This document shows, piece by piece, positions 1 through 9,832 of a DNA stretch of 64,000 bases. Source of the DNA: an uncultured Verrucomicrobiota bacterium (lineage in GTDB: Bacteria > Auribacterota > JABMQX01); the NCBI GenBank assembly GCA_964516325.1, contig CAZFAP010000001.1, positions 2,221 to 66,220 of the forward strand, in the 5' to 3' direction. How positions within the stretch are numbered: position 1 is the first letter of the stretch; the number at the start of each line of letters is the position of its first letter. Both the position numbers and the translations under genes were made by a program. Below the pieces are notes generated by a model. It saw only the letters and a list, made by a program, of their open reading frames with translations. It was not told the DNA's origin and did not search any database.

Positions 1-2316
1 CGGCAACATCAAGAACGGCCCAAAGAACGGGAATCCCTTTTTCCCATCCGAAGCCCACGCTTTCCCCGCTATTGCATCGGGGTCGTCCCTTTCTTCACCG
101 ACCTGGTGCTTGAGGAGGTCGTAGGGCACATAGTATGAAACGGACGAGCTTTCGTCGCAGGGCATTCCCGACGCGTCGCGATAGGTCTCGCTTGCGACCT
201 CGAACAGGTGCGCGCCGTTCTCCTCGGCTGCCAATTTCAAATTGGGGTTTAGGAGCAGCCTTTTGAGCGAATGCGTCGCGGGCAATGCGGAGACTTTTCT
301 CGGAAACAGCTCTTCATGGAAACTGATAAATTTGACGTTCAAGTTCTTGAGCAGGTCGAATTCTTTCTGCCCAAGAATGCCGAAGTTCAAGGAATATAGT
401 GGGTCGGCGACGTTCTCCTTGTAGGCGACTGAAACCGTCGGCGAATAGCCGTTTATCATGGGTATCCCGGTCAACATCGTCCCGTATTGGTAAGGCGCCG
501 AGAACGAGCTATCCCCGGGCCATATCGGCAGCTCCAGCAATAGCGTTCCTTTCCCCGCTGCCTTGACGTGCTCGTAAAGCCGATTCCGTTTCGGCAGCAC
601 GCTCACCCCTACCTTCGAGATAGACCCCCAGTCGAGAATCAATACGAGAGCCACGACCGGCGCCAGCCAGCCCCGGACGACGCGGCCCCGCGAGGCATTC
701 GCCAAAAGCGTCACGATCAACGCCACAGCCGCTGCCCCGCCCGTCGCGGTCAGAATGAGGTACTTGGCGGTTGAGCGAATGTAGCCCAAGAAAGGAACGA
801 ACCGATAAAGCACGTTGTAGAGAGGGAAGACTGCCCCGAGCGAAGCTCCGCACGCCAGGATCACGCCCAGCCCTGTTAGAACGAGGCTTATCCGCAGACG
901 CCCACGCTCTTCGGGCAGCGGCCGCGCTCCTCTTGACGCGGCCAGCGCGACCATCCCAACCAAGATGAACCCAACGAACGCCCAGCCCAGATACGTGCCT
1001 TCCTTCGGCGATCGGATGAATAGCTTGTGACACGGAATTGAGAACAGCGTCACCTCAAAAAGGGTTCTTCCCCCGGCCACGCCGCTCCGAGGAAGGACCA
1101 GAAATTTCAAATGGAGCGGGTAAAGCAAGGCGACGGCAAGCCCCACTGCCGCCGGCCACAATTTCAGGACGCGGCCCCACGGAACATTTATCCGTCCCAG
1201 GGACAGCCGTTTCCCCAAAATCGCAGTCGCCAGAAACCCAAGATGGCAAAGCACAAAGAGGAATAGGGAAGCGAGGATAACCTTAGAGCCAAATCCCGGC
1301 TTGTTCACGTAGTCGGCGGCGAAGTAGCCAACCATGACAAGAAAAGAAGCCCAGGGCCACGAGAGCCATCCCGTTTTGAATCGCCCGTCCTTGACCCCAA
1401 GCCACCTCAGAAACACAGCCATTAAAAACGTGACGCCGAGCACCGCCAGCAGGAAGAAAATGAGCAACCCCAGGAATGCCGGGCTGACGAGAGAACCCGC
1501 TTGCATGCGCACCTGGTGAAAATGGGAAGACGCCGCAAGCAGCACACCGGACACGATGCCCTGCCACGAAATTGCGCACCCCAGTCCGAGCCGCTCCCCC
1601 TTCGTCGCCTCAGGAAGTCCAACCGCTTTCTCGTCCAACAGCTTCCAGATCGCCCAGAATGGCAGGAGCAAACAGAAGAAAAACAGATAGTGCACGTCCT
1701 GGATGCTCATCACCATCAGGCTCAGCCCGGCCAGAACACCCCATCTCTTCCGACCCGTCTGCCAGTTCTTTTCCAGCCCCCACCACGCCATCGGAAACAG
1801 AAAGAACGACGAACCAGCGGCGTGCCCGCCAAACATGGAATTCAGCCGATGCGGGAAAAGCGTCAGCACTATCCCCGCACAGATTGCTCCGCCGCGATTG
1901 GCGTTCCATGCTCTCGCAAGACCATACCCCGCCGCCATTGTTGCCACAAACGAAAGAAGGATGAGAACGTTGTAGCCAAACGCGGGACTTACGAAAGAAA
2001 ACACCGCGTACGGAAATGCGAAGGGGAAATAGACGTAGGGCACTTTCGGATGATACGGTCCCGCGAATTCGTACGGATTTGAGAACGGGCGCATCTTTCC
2101 GTCGAGCGCCCCACGCAAAAGGTGGAGATGATAGAGGTATTGCAGGTGGTCTCCCGGCACCACCCCTGCAACTCTCTCGTCCGGTTTCGCTGAAAACGTG
2201 TAGGGGATTGCCGAAGACAAGAACTTGCTTAGCGGCCAGCTAACCCAGACTGCGAGCACGATACCCAGCACTACGGGCAGAATGAAGGCTAAAAGTTTTG
2301 CCTGTCTGTCAACCAT
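1..2316 (-). CDS. Large polytopic membrane protein, partial: C-terminus lies beyond the window start. Putative GT-C-fold glycosyltransferase (YfhO/DUF6311-like).
   Basis: ATG at 2316 on the minus strand is in frame to position 1. The hand translation opens MVDRQAKLLAFILPVVLGIVLAVW... and shows more than 10 hydrophobic helices. The ORF track omits it because the stop lies outside the window. Short antisense ORFs (509..1033, 1501..2082) fall inside it. Confidence 0.55.
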   Translation of the reverse strand, partial: MVDRQAKLLAFILPVVLGIVLAVWVSWPLSKFLSSAIPYTFSAKPDERVAGVVPGDHLQYLYHLHLLRGALDGKMRPFSNPYEFAGPYHPKVPYVYFPFAFPYAVFSFVSPAFGYNVLILLSFVATMAAGYGLARAWNANRGGAICAGIVLTLFPHRLNSMFGGHAAGSSFFLFPMAWWGLEKNWQTGRKRWGVLAGLSLMVMSIQDVHYLFFFCLLLPFWAIWKLLDEKAVGLPEATKGERLGLGCAISWQGIVSGVLLAASSHFHQVRMQAGSLVSPAFLGLLIFFLLAVLGVTFLMAVFLRWLGVKDGRFKTGWLSWPWASFLVMVGYFAADYVNKPGFGSKVILASLFLFVLCHLGFLATAILGKRLSLGRINVPWGRVLKLWPAAVGLAVALLYPLHLKFLVLPRSGVAGGRTLFEVTLFSIPCHKLFIRSPKEGTYLGWAFVGFILVGMVALAASRGARPLPEERGRLRISLVLTGLGVILACGASLGAVFPLYNVLYRFVPFLGYIRSTAKYLILTATGGAAAVALIVTLLANASRGRVVRGWLAPVVALVLILDWGSISKVGVSVLPKRNRLYEHVKAAGKGTLLLELPIWPGDSSFSAPYQYGTMLTGIPMINGYSPTVSVAYKENVADPLYSLNFGILGQKEFDLLKNLNVKFISFHEELFPRKVSALPATHSLKRLLLNPNLKLAAEENGAHLFEVASETYRDASGMPCDESSSVSYYVPYDLLKHQVGEERDDPDAIAGKAWASDGKKGFPFFGPFLMLP

Positions 2317-2386
2317 CGTCCCTTTTCGCTAAAATCCTCATAGAATGTCCTGATTGCGCCACGGGGACCTCGGTCGGGAAGGGCTT

Positions 2387-3217
2387 TCATCCAGCCTGCT
2401 TCCTGCACAGCAGATACCAACCGCTCGCCAGGAACCGAGGGAGGAAATCCGCGAGCCGTCCATCAAACCGGTCCACAAGCCTGCTCTTCGTCCTGAGCAT
2501 GACGCCGAAAATGAAAATGGAGTTCACGACCTCCACGACGGACAATCCCGCGTCTCTCAGGAGTTCACTGAGCTGACCCGTGGTGAATTTCTGCACGTGG
2601 TCCTGGTCGGGGTTCGATGTGTGGACCGCGCACTTGGTCGCTGCGTCAAGCATTTTCGTGCCTGCACGTACTCGGTCAATCAATCTCCCAAGTCCCAGCT
2701 TGTCCCTCAAGACTTTTTCGCTGCGGCCGAGGACCTCCCTCGGTCCGTATCCGTTCGGTACCGTGATTAACAGCAGCCCATCGTTTTTCAAATGCCGCGT
2801 CATCGTCGCGAGCAACCGTTCCGGCCTGTGCAAATGCTCCAGAACTTCTGAACAGATTGTCAAATCAAAACGTTCGTTAAGATCGAAATCGTCATCCGAC
2901 ACGACCTCAAAGCGTGCATTGCGGTAGGGATTTGCGTCTCGCGCGTGCCCGATCGAAGCTTCATTGACGTCAATGCCTACCACGTCGCATCCAAGCGAAG
3001 CCACCGCAAAGGCCATCGCGCCGTTTCCGCACCCGACATCCAGCACCTTGACCGGGCGCTCGGGCACGTTCATTCTCATCAGAGTCGAAAACAGATACTC
3101 CAACTTTTTCCGTCCGCCCGGAATCGTGTCATAGTCTGTCGAACCAAAAAACTTCTGCCTCAGTTTCGCTTCCATCCCGGTATCCGGTTTCCCGTCTCGC
3201 TTCATCAGATGCGTCAA
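2387..3217 (-). CDS. Class I SAM-dependent methyltransferase
   Basis: VLDVGCGNG glycine-rich SAM motif plus an acidic loop; 276 aa. The ATGA overlap with the upstream acetyltransferase indicates an operon. Confidence 0.85.
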   Translation of the reverse strand: MTHLMKRDGKPDTGMEAKLRQKFFGSTDYDTIPGGRKKLEYLFSTLMRMNVPERPVKVLDVGCGNGAMAFAVASLGCDVVGIDVNEASIGHARDANPYRNARFEVVSDDDFDLNERFDLTICSEVLEHLHRPERLLATMTRHLKNDGLLLITVPNGYGPREVLGRSEKVLRDKLGLGRLIDRVRAGTKMLDAATKCAVHTSNPDQDHVQKFTTGQLSELLRDAGLSVVEVVNSIFIFGVMLRTKSRLVDRFDGRLADFLPRFLASGWYLLCRKQAG

Positions 3218-3996
3218 GCCTCACCGGGTTCCCTTCGGTCCCTGACCATCTTCGCTGGCACACCCGCGACCACCGCGAATGGCGGAACATCCTTTGTCAC
3301 GACGGCTCCCGCCCCAACAACGGCGTCATTTCCGATGGTCACTCCGTCGAGAATCGTCGAGCCTGCACCCAGCCACACGTTGTCGCCGACTCTCACTCCA
3401 CCGCGCAGGTCCAATCCCTGCTCCAGAATCGGGATGTCCGTTCGGTCCATTCGGTACAATCCGGCGCCGACAATGTAGCAGTACGGGCCAATCAGAACGT
3501 TGTTTCCCACAAGCACCTCGTTTCCCGAATAGGTATGGACCGTCGTGCGAGCGCCTATCCCCACGCGATTCCCTATCTTAACCTTCCCGCCCTTGCAGGC
3601 GATAATCGTGTCCCGGGCGATGAACGTGTTGCTCCCGATGGAAATGCTTGTCTCCTCATCGGAACGAGCGTCCAAAACGCATCCATCGTCCACGATGGTA
3701 CAATCTCCGATCTCGATCCGCCGGGGATGCCGCAGACAAATATCCTTCCCGAACATCACGCCACTGCCCACTTTGCCAAGCAGCTTCCTGTACAGCTTTT
3801 TCCGAAGCCAGAGCCCCGCCGCGCCGCTCAGCCCGTTGCACAGCAGCATCACCAGCTCGAACTTTAGAAAAAACCAAAGCCCCTTCTTCCCGAGCGTGAC
3901 CTCCTGATAGCGCTCGATCGCGGACCTCTCTTCGTCGGTGATGCGTTGCAGCGTGCCTTGCATTCTTACCAGGGGAAGTGTCTCGTCCGCGTCCAT
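3214..3996 (-). CDS. Hexapeptide-repeat (left-handed beta-helix) acetyltransferase, WcaF/CysE-like
   Basis: Tandem [LIV]-G-x-x-x-x hexapeptides (IGNRVGIGARTTV, VGDNVWLGAGSTILDGVTIGNDAVVGAGAVV) with an N-terminal hydrophobic segment. Confidence 0.85.
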   Translation of the reverse strand: MDADETLPLVRMQGTLQRITDEERSAIERYQEVTLGKKGLWFFLKFELVMLLCNGLSGAAGLWLRKKLYRKLLGKVGSGVMFGKDICLRHPRRIEIGDCTIVDDGCVLDARSDEETSISIGSNTFIARDTIIACKGGKVKIGNRVGIGARTTVHTYSGNEVLVGNNVLIGPYCYIVGAGLYRMDRTDIPILEQGLDLRGGVRVGDNVWLGAGSTILDGVTIGNDAVVGAGAVVTKDVPPFAVVAGVPAKMVRDRREPGEA

Positions 3997-4005
3997 ACGT
4001 TCCTC

Positions 4006-5943
4006 TCAAGCGGCTCTCGCCGTCATAAGTCTATCCGTCAGCTCACGCAAACTGTCGAAGGTCTGCCCTTCAAAAAAGAGGCGATACCAGAATTCCAGGT
4101 TAATCAGAACCCATATCCGAAAGTTGTGGTCCCACTTTCCGCCGATGTGCTCGTCCAGGATTGACTCGATCTCTTCTCGATTGAAAATGCCGAGTTGGAC
4201 GAACCGTGATTCTCTCATCAGCCCACGCACGAAGCCTGCAAGCTCGTTCCTCATCCACTCTGCCAATGGGAATCCAAATCCCTGTTTCCTTCGCCCGATA
4301 AGCTCTCGCGGTAGGTATCGGGAAGCAACTCGCCGGAGTATGTATTTCAATCTTCGCCCTTTCAGCTTCAGTCCCGACGGGATGGATGCGGCGAACTCGA
4401 CCATCCTGTAATCCACGTATGGGGAGCGCCCTTCCAGCCCGTGAGCCATAGCCATCCGGTCGAGAATTACTAGAAGGTGGTCCGGCAGCCGCGTCATCAC
4501 GTCGGTGTAGAGCATCCGGTCCACAAGCTCCGACACGCACTCCGCGTCGAAGAAACCCAGCACCTTTTCCGTCGAATCCGGCTCGCCGACCTCGAATATG
4601 GCTTTCTGCGTGAACAGCCGATTCTTCGCCTCGTTCGTGAATCGCAAGAAGCTCATGCTCTCGGCGTACCGCCTTCCTTTTGACATGAACGACATGTCGT
4701 TCATCCAGCGCACCTTCTGCGCCAGGCTCTTGTACTCGTAGGAGTCGGGCAGCGCTTCTGCCAGCCGCCTCATCACGGCCTTTCGGAACCATTCGGGCAA
4801 TATGGAATACCAATCCGCGAGCCGATTCCCCAGAAAGCGGTCATAACCCGCGAAAAGCTCATCCCCGCCGTCTCCGCCGAGAGCGACCTTCACGTGCCCC
4901 CGCGTCAACTTTGAGACGAGATATACGCCCACTCCAAACGGGTCGGACGGCTCGTCCATGTGCCAGACCATCTTCGGGATCAGATGCACAATGTCGGCAT
5001 TCACGACCCATTCGTGGTGTTCCGTCCCATATCTCTCGGCGACCTTTCTCGCAAAAGGAAGCTCATTGAAGCTGCTCTCCTTCACACCAATGGAAAACGT
5101 TGGTATGCGCGAGTCAGAAACTTTCGCCATGATTGCGGCAATTGTGCTGGAGTCAATTCCCCCGCTCAAGAACGCTCCCACCCGCACGTCGCTCAGCAAA
5201 TGCATCCTCACCGTCTCGACGAGAAGTTCGTTGAGTCGCTCCTCGATGCCGGCCTCATCCTCGGCGAGCTTGTTGCGGTAGTCCGGCGACCAATATCGCT
5301 CAACGCTCACCTTCCCGTTCCGGTACAGGAGGTAACTCGCGGCGGGAAGCTTTTGCACTTCTTCAAAGAGAGTCATCTGGTCGGGGATGAACCGCAGCGA
5401 CATGTAATGCCAGAGCGCTTCCATATCAATTCGGCGTTCCACCAGCCCGCTCTCCAGCACCCCTTTTACCTCCGACGCGAACGCGAACCCTTTCGCCCCG
5501 TTGTGGAAGAAGACAGGTTTCTGTCCGAGATGATCCCTCGCCAGCATGAGAGTTTTCGTCTTTCCGTCCCAGAGAGCAAAGCCGAACATCCCCCGCAGCT
5601 TCCGGACGCATTCGGCCCCCAGTTCCTCGTATAGATGAAGAATGACCTCCACATCAGTCCGCGTCTTGAAGACGTGCCCCGTGCGGACCAACTCCTCTCT
5701 CAGGCACGGCGAATTATATATTTCGCCATTGCACACCAGCACAATCGAGCCGTCCTCGTTGCTGATCGGCTGGCGCCCGGACTCCACATCAATGATACTC
5801 AGTCGCCTCTGGCCCAGGGCAATCCTTCCATCCGACCACGACCCTTCATCATCCGGACCGCGGTGCGCCTGTATGCTCAGCATCCGCTTGAGCACATTCA
5901 TGTCCGATCCATTATTTGCAATCAATCCGGCTATCCCGCACAT
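4006..5943 (-). CDS. asnB: Asparagine synthase (glutamine-hydrolysing) family amidotransferase, of the kind found in polysaccharide loci
   Basis: N-terminal MCGIAG marks a class-II glutamine amidotransferase Cys nucleophile. SGGIDSS is a PP-loop ATP pyrophosphatase motif; 645 aa. Confidence 0.9.
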   Translation of the reverse strand: MCGIAGLIANNGSDMNVLKRMLSIQAHRGPDDEGSWSDGRIALGQRRLSIIDVESGRQPISNEDGSIVLVCNGEIYNSPCLREELVRTGHVFKTRTDVEVILHLYEELGAECVRKLRGMFGFALWDGKTKTLMLARDHLGQKPVFFHNGAKGFAFASEVKGVLESGLVERRIDMEALWHYMSLRFIPDQMTLFEEVQKLPAASYLLYRNGKVSVERYWSPDYRNKLAEDEAGIEERLNELLVETVRMHLLSDVRVGAFLSGGIDSSTIAAIMAKVSDSRIPTFSIGVKESSFNELPFARKVAERYGTEHHEWVVNADIVHLIPKMVWHMDEPSDPFGVGVYLVSKLTRGHVKVALGGDGGDELFAGYDRFLGNRLADWYSILPEWFRKAVMRRLAEALPDSYEYKSLAQKVRWMNDMSFMSKGRRYAESMSFLRFTNEAKNRLFTQKAIFEVGEPDSTEKVLGFFDAECVSELVDRMLYTDVMTRLPDHLLVILDRMAMAHGLEGRSPYVDYRMVEFAASIPSGLKLKGRRLKYILRRVASRYLPRELIGRRKQGFGFPLAEWMRNELAGFVRGLMRESRFVQLGIFNREEIESILDEHIGGKWDHNFRIWVLINLEFWYRLFFEGQTFDSLRELTDRLMTARAA

Positions 5944-6150
5944 TTGCTTCTCTTATGCGAGTTGAAAGGCAGAGTTCGTTCGCAACATCCTGAGCAGCCG
6001 AGTCGCAATACCTTACAATTTCGGCGAACGATAAGTCAAAGGTTCTCGTCCCGTCCCCGCCATCACGTTCGTTCACGTTGTGCCTGTTGTGGCGTTCTGC
6101 TATCTTTAGTCAAGAAGCGCGGGTACAAAGACGACCGCTTGGTGAAAGAA

Positions 6151-6891
6151 ATGGCGATTACTTTCGACAATGAGGCGCCCGATGTTGAAACCTCCTCCGA
6201 GAGGTACGCGAGGAGATTTTCCGGGCCGGTGGGAGATTATTTCCTCCGCGTCCAGGAGCAGCTCTGTCTGGAACTGCTTCGCCCCTGGCGAGGGGGACGA
6301 GTTCTCGATGTCGGGGGAGGGCACGCGCAGATTGCCATTCCCCTTGCTGCCGCTGGGTACGATGTGACCGTGGTCGGCAGCGCCCCTTCCTGCAACGAAC
6401 GCCTTTCTCGCCTGGCTGCCAGCCGCTCTGTGAAAGTCGGCTTCTTTACGGGCGATCTCCTAAATCTCCCTTTCCCTGACCGCGACTTTGACGTTGTCGT
6501 TTCCCTCCGCCTGATCTCGCACGTCCCGAGCTGGCGTCGCCTCATCCGCGAGCTGACCCGTGTCGCCCGCCACGCCGTCCTGATTGACTATCCGTCTCTG
6601 GTCAGCGCAAATCTCGCCGTCCCTGTCCTGTTCACACTGAAAAAGATGGTCGAGCGCAACGCTCGCCCCTTCCTTTCTTTCACGAAGAACGGGACTTACG
6701 ATTCCTTTCTCAGGAACGGCTTTAGTGTCTCGGCGGCGAAGTCGGAGTTTTTCATTCCCATGGCTTTTCACCGCGCCTGCGGCTGCCTCTCGTTCACGCA
6801 AACCTCGGAACGGCTCTTCCGCATTCTCGGCGTCACTCGCCTGCTCGGGTCACCAATCATCGCTCTTGCCGTGCGCCAGCAAGGTCGCTGA
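6151..6891 (+). CDS. Class I SAM-dependent methyltransferase (Methyltransf_11-like)
   Basis: VLDVGGGHAQIAIPLAAAGYDV motif. The track ORF 5635..6891 is an artefactual N-terminal extension that overlaps asnB on the other strand; ATG 6151 (MAITFDNE) is the plausible start. Confidence 0.75.
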   Translation: MAITFDNEAPDVETSSERYARRFSGPVGDYFLRVQEQLCLELLRPWRGGRVLDVGGGHAQIAIPLAAAGYDVTVVGSAPSCNERLSRLAASRSVKVGFFTGDLLNLPFPDRDFDVVVSLRLISHVPSWRRLIRELTRVARHAVLIDYPSLVSANLAVPVLFTLKKMVERNARPFLSFTKNGTYDSFLRNGFSVSAAKSEFFIPMAFHRACGCLSFTQTSERLFRILGVTRLLGSPIIALAVRQQGR

Positions 6892-6900
6892 CGTTCTCCC

Positions 6901-8301
6901 TCAAAAGCCCTTCAGCAACGCCCTCGCGTACTTCTTCCACCGCGAGAATTTGCGAAGAAGGAGCTTTCCGACCTCGGAGTAGAGGATTGGATATCCCAGT
7001 GCCTTCAGCTTGCTCTCTCTCCAGAATACACGGGTCCCAAAAAGCTTGTAGCTGCGCTCGATTTGTTTCGCGGGGAAGTGCGGCATTTTCAGAATGGACT
7101 TGCGATAAGCCGCGTCCGAGGGGACGCTTTCTCGATGAGGCAGATAGCCCTCCTTCAAGCATGAGTCGTACAGGTCAGTCCCCGGAAGAGGCGTGAATAC
7201 GGATATGCCTATGATAGTTGGGCGGATCATCCGGTTGAGTCGCACGGTCTCCATGTGCATCTCCGGCGTCTCGCCCGGCAGCCCCACCATGTTGAGGGTC
7301 TTAATTTGAAGCCCGACATCTCGTGCCGCCCTCGCCGCCTCCAATATCCTGCGGTTAGACATCGGGCGCCTCAGAACCTGCCGCCGCAGCTCCTCGTTGC
7401 CTGTCTCCACGCCAATATCAATCCGCCTTGCCCCTGCCTTCTTCAGAAGCGCCACCGTCTCACGGTCGCAGGCCTCCACCCGCGCGCAGAAAACAAAAGA
7501 AACCCCGATTTCCTGCAGATACCGCTCTGCGAACTCCGCGAGGCGCTTTTTATCGAGCATGAAAACATCGTCGTCGAAAAAGACCTCCTTGAACTTGAAT
7601 CTCGACTTGAGAATTTTCAGCTCTCCGAGGAGATGGTCCGTCGAGCGGAAGCGGACATACCTTCCCGATTGCGCCCCGGCCAACTTGTGATTGCAGCAAT
7701 AACTGCAACGGTATGGACATCCTCTCGACGCCAGAACCCGCATCTGCGATAGCCCATAGGCGTCTATGCTGCGCTGGGTATCAAAAAGGTCACGGTCCTC
7801 GTGAGGCAGCTCGTCGAGATTGGCGATGAATGGGCGCGGTTGATTCCGAATAATTCTCCCGTTGTGTCGAACCCAGAGTCCCTGAATCTTCGTTGGGTCG
7901 CCCCCTTCTTGAAGGGCTTGCGCCAGGTCCAGCGTCGCGTACTCGCCCTCCCCCACGCAGAAGGCGTCCAGCCCGGAAATTTCCTCGATTGACTCCGGAA
8001 AGCACGTCGGGTGCGGTCCCCCGCAAATCGTGAATGCCCGGCGACAGGGAGTTTCCCGGACGAGCCTTTTGACCAGACCCACATCGCAGCTTGGCAGATA
8101 AAACCCGATCAGACCGGGGTCATATTTGGCAATCTCTCGGCGCCATTCGCCAAGGTCGAAGCCCTTCGCAAAGTAAATCAACCGGACGTCCCGAAATCCG
8201 TTGGCCTTCAGCACCGCTGAAATGGACATGAGTCCGTGCTGGGATCCCAGCGCATCAAATCGTTGCCCAACTTCAAGAAAACCAAGCGCTATCTTCATCA
8301 T
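6901..8301 (-). CDS. B12-binding domain radical SAM protein
   Basis: N-terminal cobalamin-binding-like domain followed by a CPYRCSYC (CxxxCxxC) radical SAM cluster motif; 466 aa. Confidence 0.85.
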   Translation of the reverse strand: MMKIALGFLEVGQRFDALGSQHGLMSISAVLKANGFRDVRLIYFAKGFDLGEWRREIAKYDPGLIGFYLPSCDVGLVKRLVRETPCRRAFTICGGPHPTCFPESIEEISGLDAFCVGEGEYATLDLAQALQEGGDPTKIQGLWVRHNGRIIRNQPRPFIANLDELPHEDRDLFDTQRSIDAYGLSQMRVLASRGCPYRCSYCCNHKLAGAQSGRYVRFRSTDHLLGELKILKSRFKFKEVFFDDDVFMLDKKRLAEFAERYLQEIGVSFVFCARVEACDRETVALLKKAGARRIDIGVETGNEELRRQVLRRPMSNRRILEAARAARDVGLQIKTLNMVGLPGETPEMHMETVRLNRMIRPTIIGISVFTPLPGTDLYDSCLKEGYLPHRESVPSDAAYRKSILKMPHFPAKQIERSYKLFGTRVFWRESKLKALGYPILYSEVGKLLLRKFSRWKKYARALLKGF

Positions 8302-8565
8302 TGCAGTCGTGGCTACGGATATTGTTCGCGGCTTGGTTTCCGCGGAAAACGTCCGTGGCTCCTATCCCGGGATCCGGTTCGGTTACTGCTCCCGGCGAGC
8401 CGGTGGCCGCTGCGTCGGGAGTGCCGAAAACCGGACATCCCTTCGTCCTGAGCAGCCAATTTACTTTTGACTTCGTTTCGGACAGTATGTAGATTGTGTC
8501 GGTCGTTGTCAACGCGGCGGGGGTTCGCCAGCCGCATCGGAGATTTCTCTCTCGAGGGTCGGTCC

Positions 8566-9654
8566 ATGGTGCTTGGGAAACAAGCCAGCGCGAGAAGGAT
8601 TCCTGTTTTCGTCCTCAAGTCCGCTATCGCGGTTTTGCTTCTGTACCTCCTTCTCCGCAAACTCCGCTACCAGCTGTTCGCGCAGACCTTCCGGGGGATT
8701 GTCTGGTGGTGGGTCATCGCCGCCGGAGCTCTTCATATAACGGGCTACCTCTTCAGCGCTCATCGCTGGCGCATCCTGCTCAAGGCTCAAGGGCTGAGCC
8801 CCTCGCTCTGGGAGCTGATCAAGTCGTACGCTATTGGCACATTCTTCAATTACATTCTTCTCGGGACTCTTGGCGGGGACATCTCCAGAGCCTATGACAC
8901 GGGCATCCGAAGCAAGAGGGGTGCGGAGGCGGTCTCCGCTGTGTTTCTCGAGCGTGCGACCGGCGTTGTGGCGATGGTGTTTCTCGCCGCGGTGGGAACG
9001 CTTTTTCTGCTGATCGGACCCAGTCGCCTTTCTGCCTCTGCCTTCTGGAATGTCCAGGCTGCCGTCGCAATTTGCGCTGTCATTTCTGTCGTGCTGTTCG
9101 CGGCGGTCTTCGTCCTGTTCCATCCTCGTGTGGCAAGCATCGTCGCGGCCAAGCTGGACCGTCCCAACCCCCTCTTTGGAAAACTCCGAAAGATTTTCCT
9201 ATCGCTCCATTCGGCAGTCGGCGTTTACCGCACGAACCTTGCCCCCATTTACAAGAACCTCTTTTGGGCCGCGATCCTCCAACTGAACGTCACCCTGCAT
9301 TATTTCTTCCTCGGCTTAGCCATGGGGTTGCCTTTGCTTCATTACCCGCTTCATTATTTTTGCAGCTACTTGGTCATCGTTCCGGCGATCACACTCATCT
9401 TGACAATACCCCTGACCCCGGGGGGCGCCGGCGTCCGGGAATGGACGCTCACGGAGCTTCGCGGGGGGTTGGGTTTTGCTGCTACTCCGGCGGGCATCGC
9501 CAGAGCTGTCCTGATGGGATGGCTCCAGGTGGCGACAGTCCTCTTCTACGGCATCATTGGTTTCTTGATCCTTCTGCATCGCCTTTTCTCGGCGAAGCGT
9601 TCAGGCTCGGATAAACCTCCGCCAACTCAATCCGCCAATCCTCCAGCCGCTTGA
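8566..9654 (+). CDS. Flippase-like membrane protein (UPF0104 / lysyl-phosphatidylglycerol-synthase TM domain family)
   Basis: Multi-TM protein with R/K-rich loops, typical of the LPG_synthase_TM family. The track start at 8467 is an alternative; ATG 8566 (MVLGKQ) is preferred. Confidence 0.65.
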   Translation: MVLGKQASARRIPVFVLKSAIAVLLLYLLLRKLRYQLFAQTFRGIVWWWVIAAGALHITGYLFSAHRWRILLKAQGLSPSLWELIKSYAIGTFFNYILLGTLGGDISRAYDTGIRSKRGAEAVSAVFLERATGVVAMVFLAAVGTLFLLIGPSRLSASAFWNVQAAVAICAVISVVLFAAVFVLFHPRVASIVAAKLDRPNPLFGKLRKIFLSLHSAVGVYRTNLAPIYKNLFWAAILQLNVTLHYFFLGLAMGLPLLHYPLHYFCSYLVIVPAITLILTIPLTPGGAGVREWTLTELRGGLGFAATPAGIARAVLMGWLQVATVLFYGIIGFLILLHRLFSAKRSGSDKPPPTQSANPPAA

Positions 9655-9832
9655 TAAACGACGCCGGCTTTTCGTGAACCGACCGTCGAGCTCGGTTGAC
9701 CGGAAAAATAGACGGACAATAAAGATGACCCGGGCGAGGAGGAGAAGTAACGAAGTTGCTTTGTGAATCATGCACCGGCGGGATCACGGCGGCAATGCGG
9801 TTCCGTCGGAAACGTCCTCCATCCCTCCGCCG

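Noticed and set aside
509-2082. Several 60-190-aa ORFs in the first 2.3 kb (for example 509..1033 -, 1501..2082 +)
   Set aside because: All lie inside or antisense to the long in-frame membrane-protein ORF 1..2316 on the minus strand and have low-complexity Arg/Pro-rich translations.
4100-4813. 237-aa minus-frame ORF inside asnB
   Set aside because: Alternative frame of the well-supported asnB gene, with an Arg/Ala/Gly-rich nonsense translation.
5635-6150. N-terminal 172-codon extension of the methyltransferase ORF given in the track (5635..6891)
   Set aside because: It overlaps the asnB start region on the opposite strand and has no methyltransferase similarity. ATG 6151 gives a complete Rossmann-fold protein.
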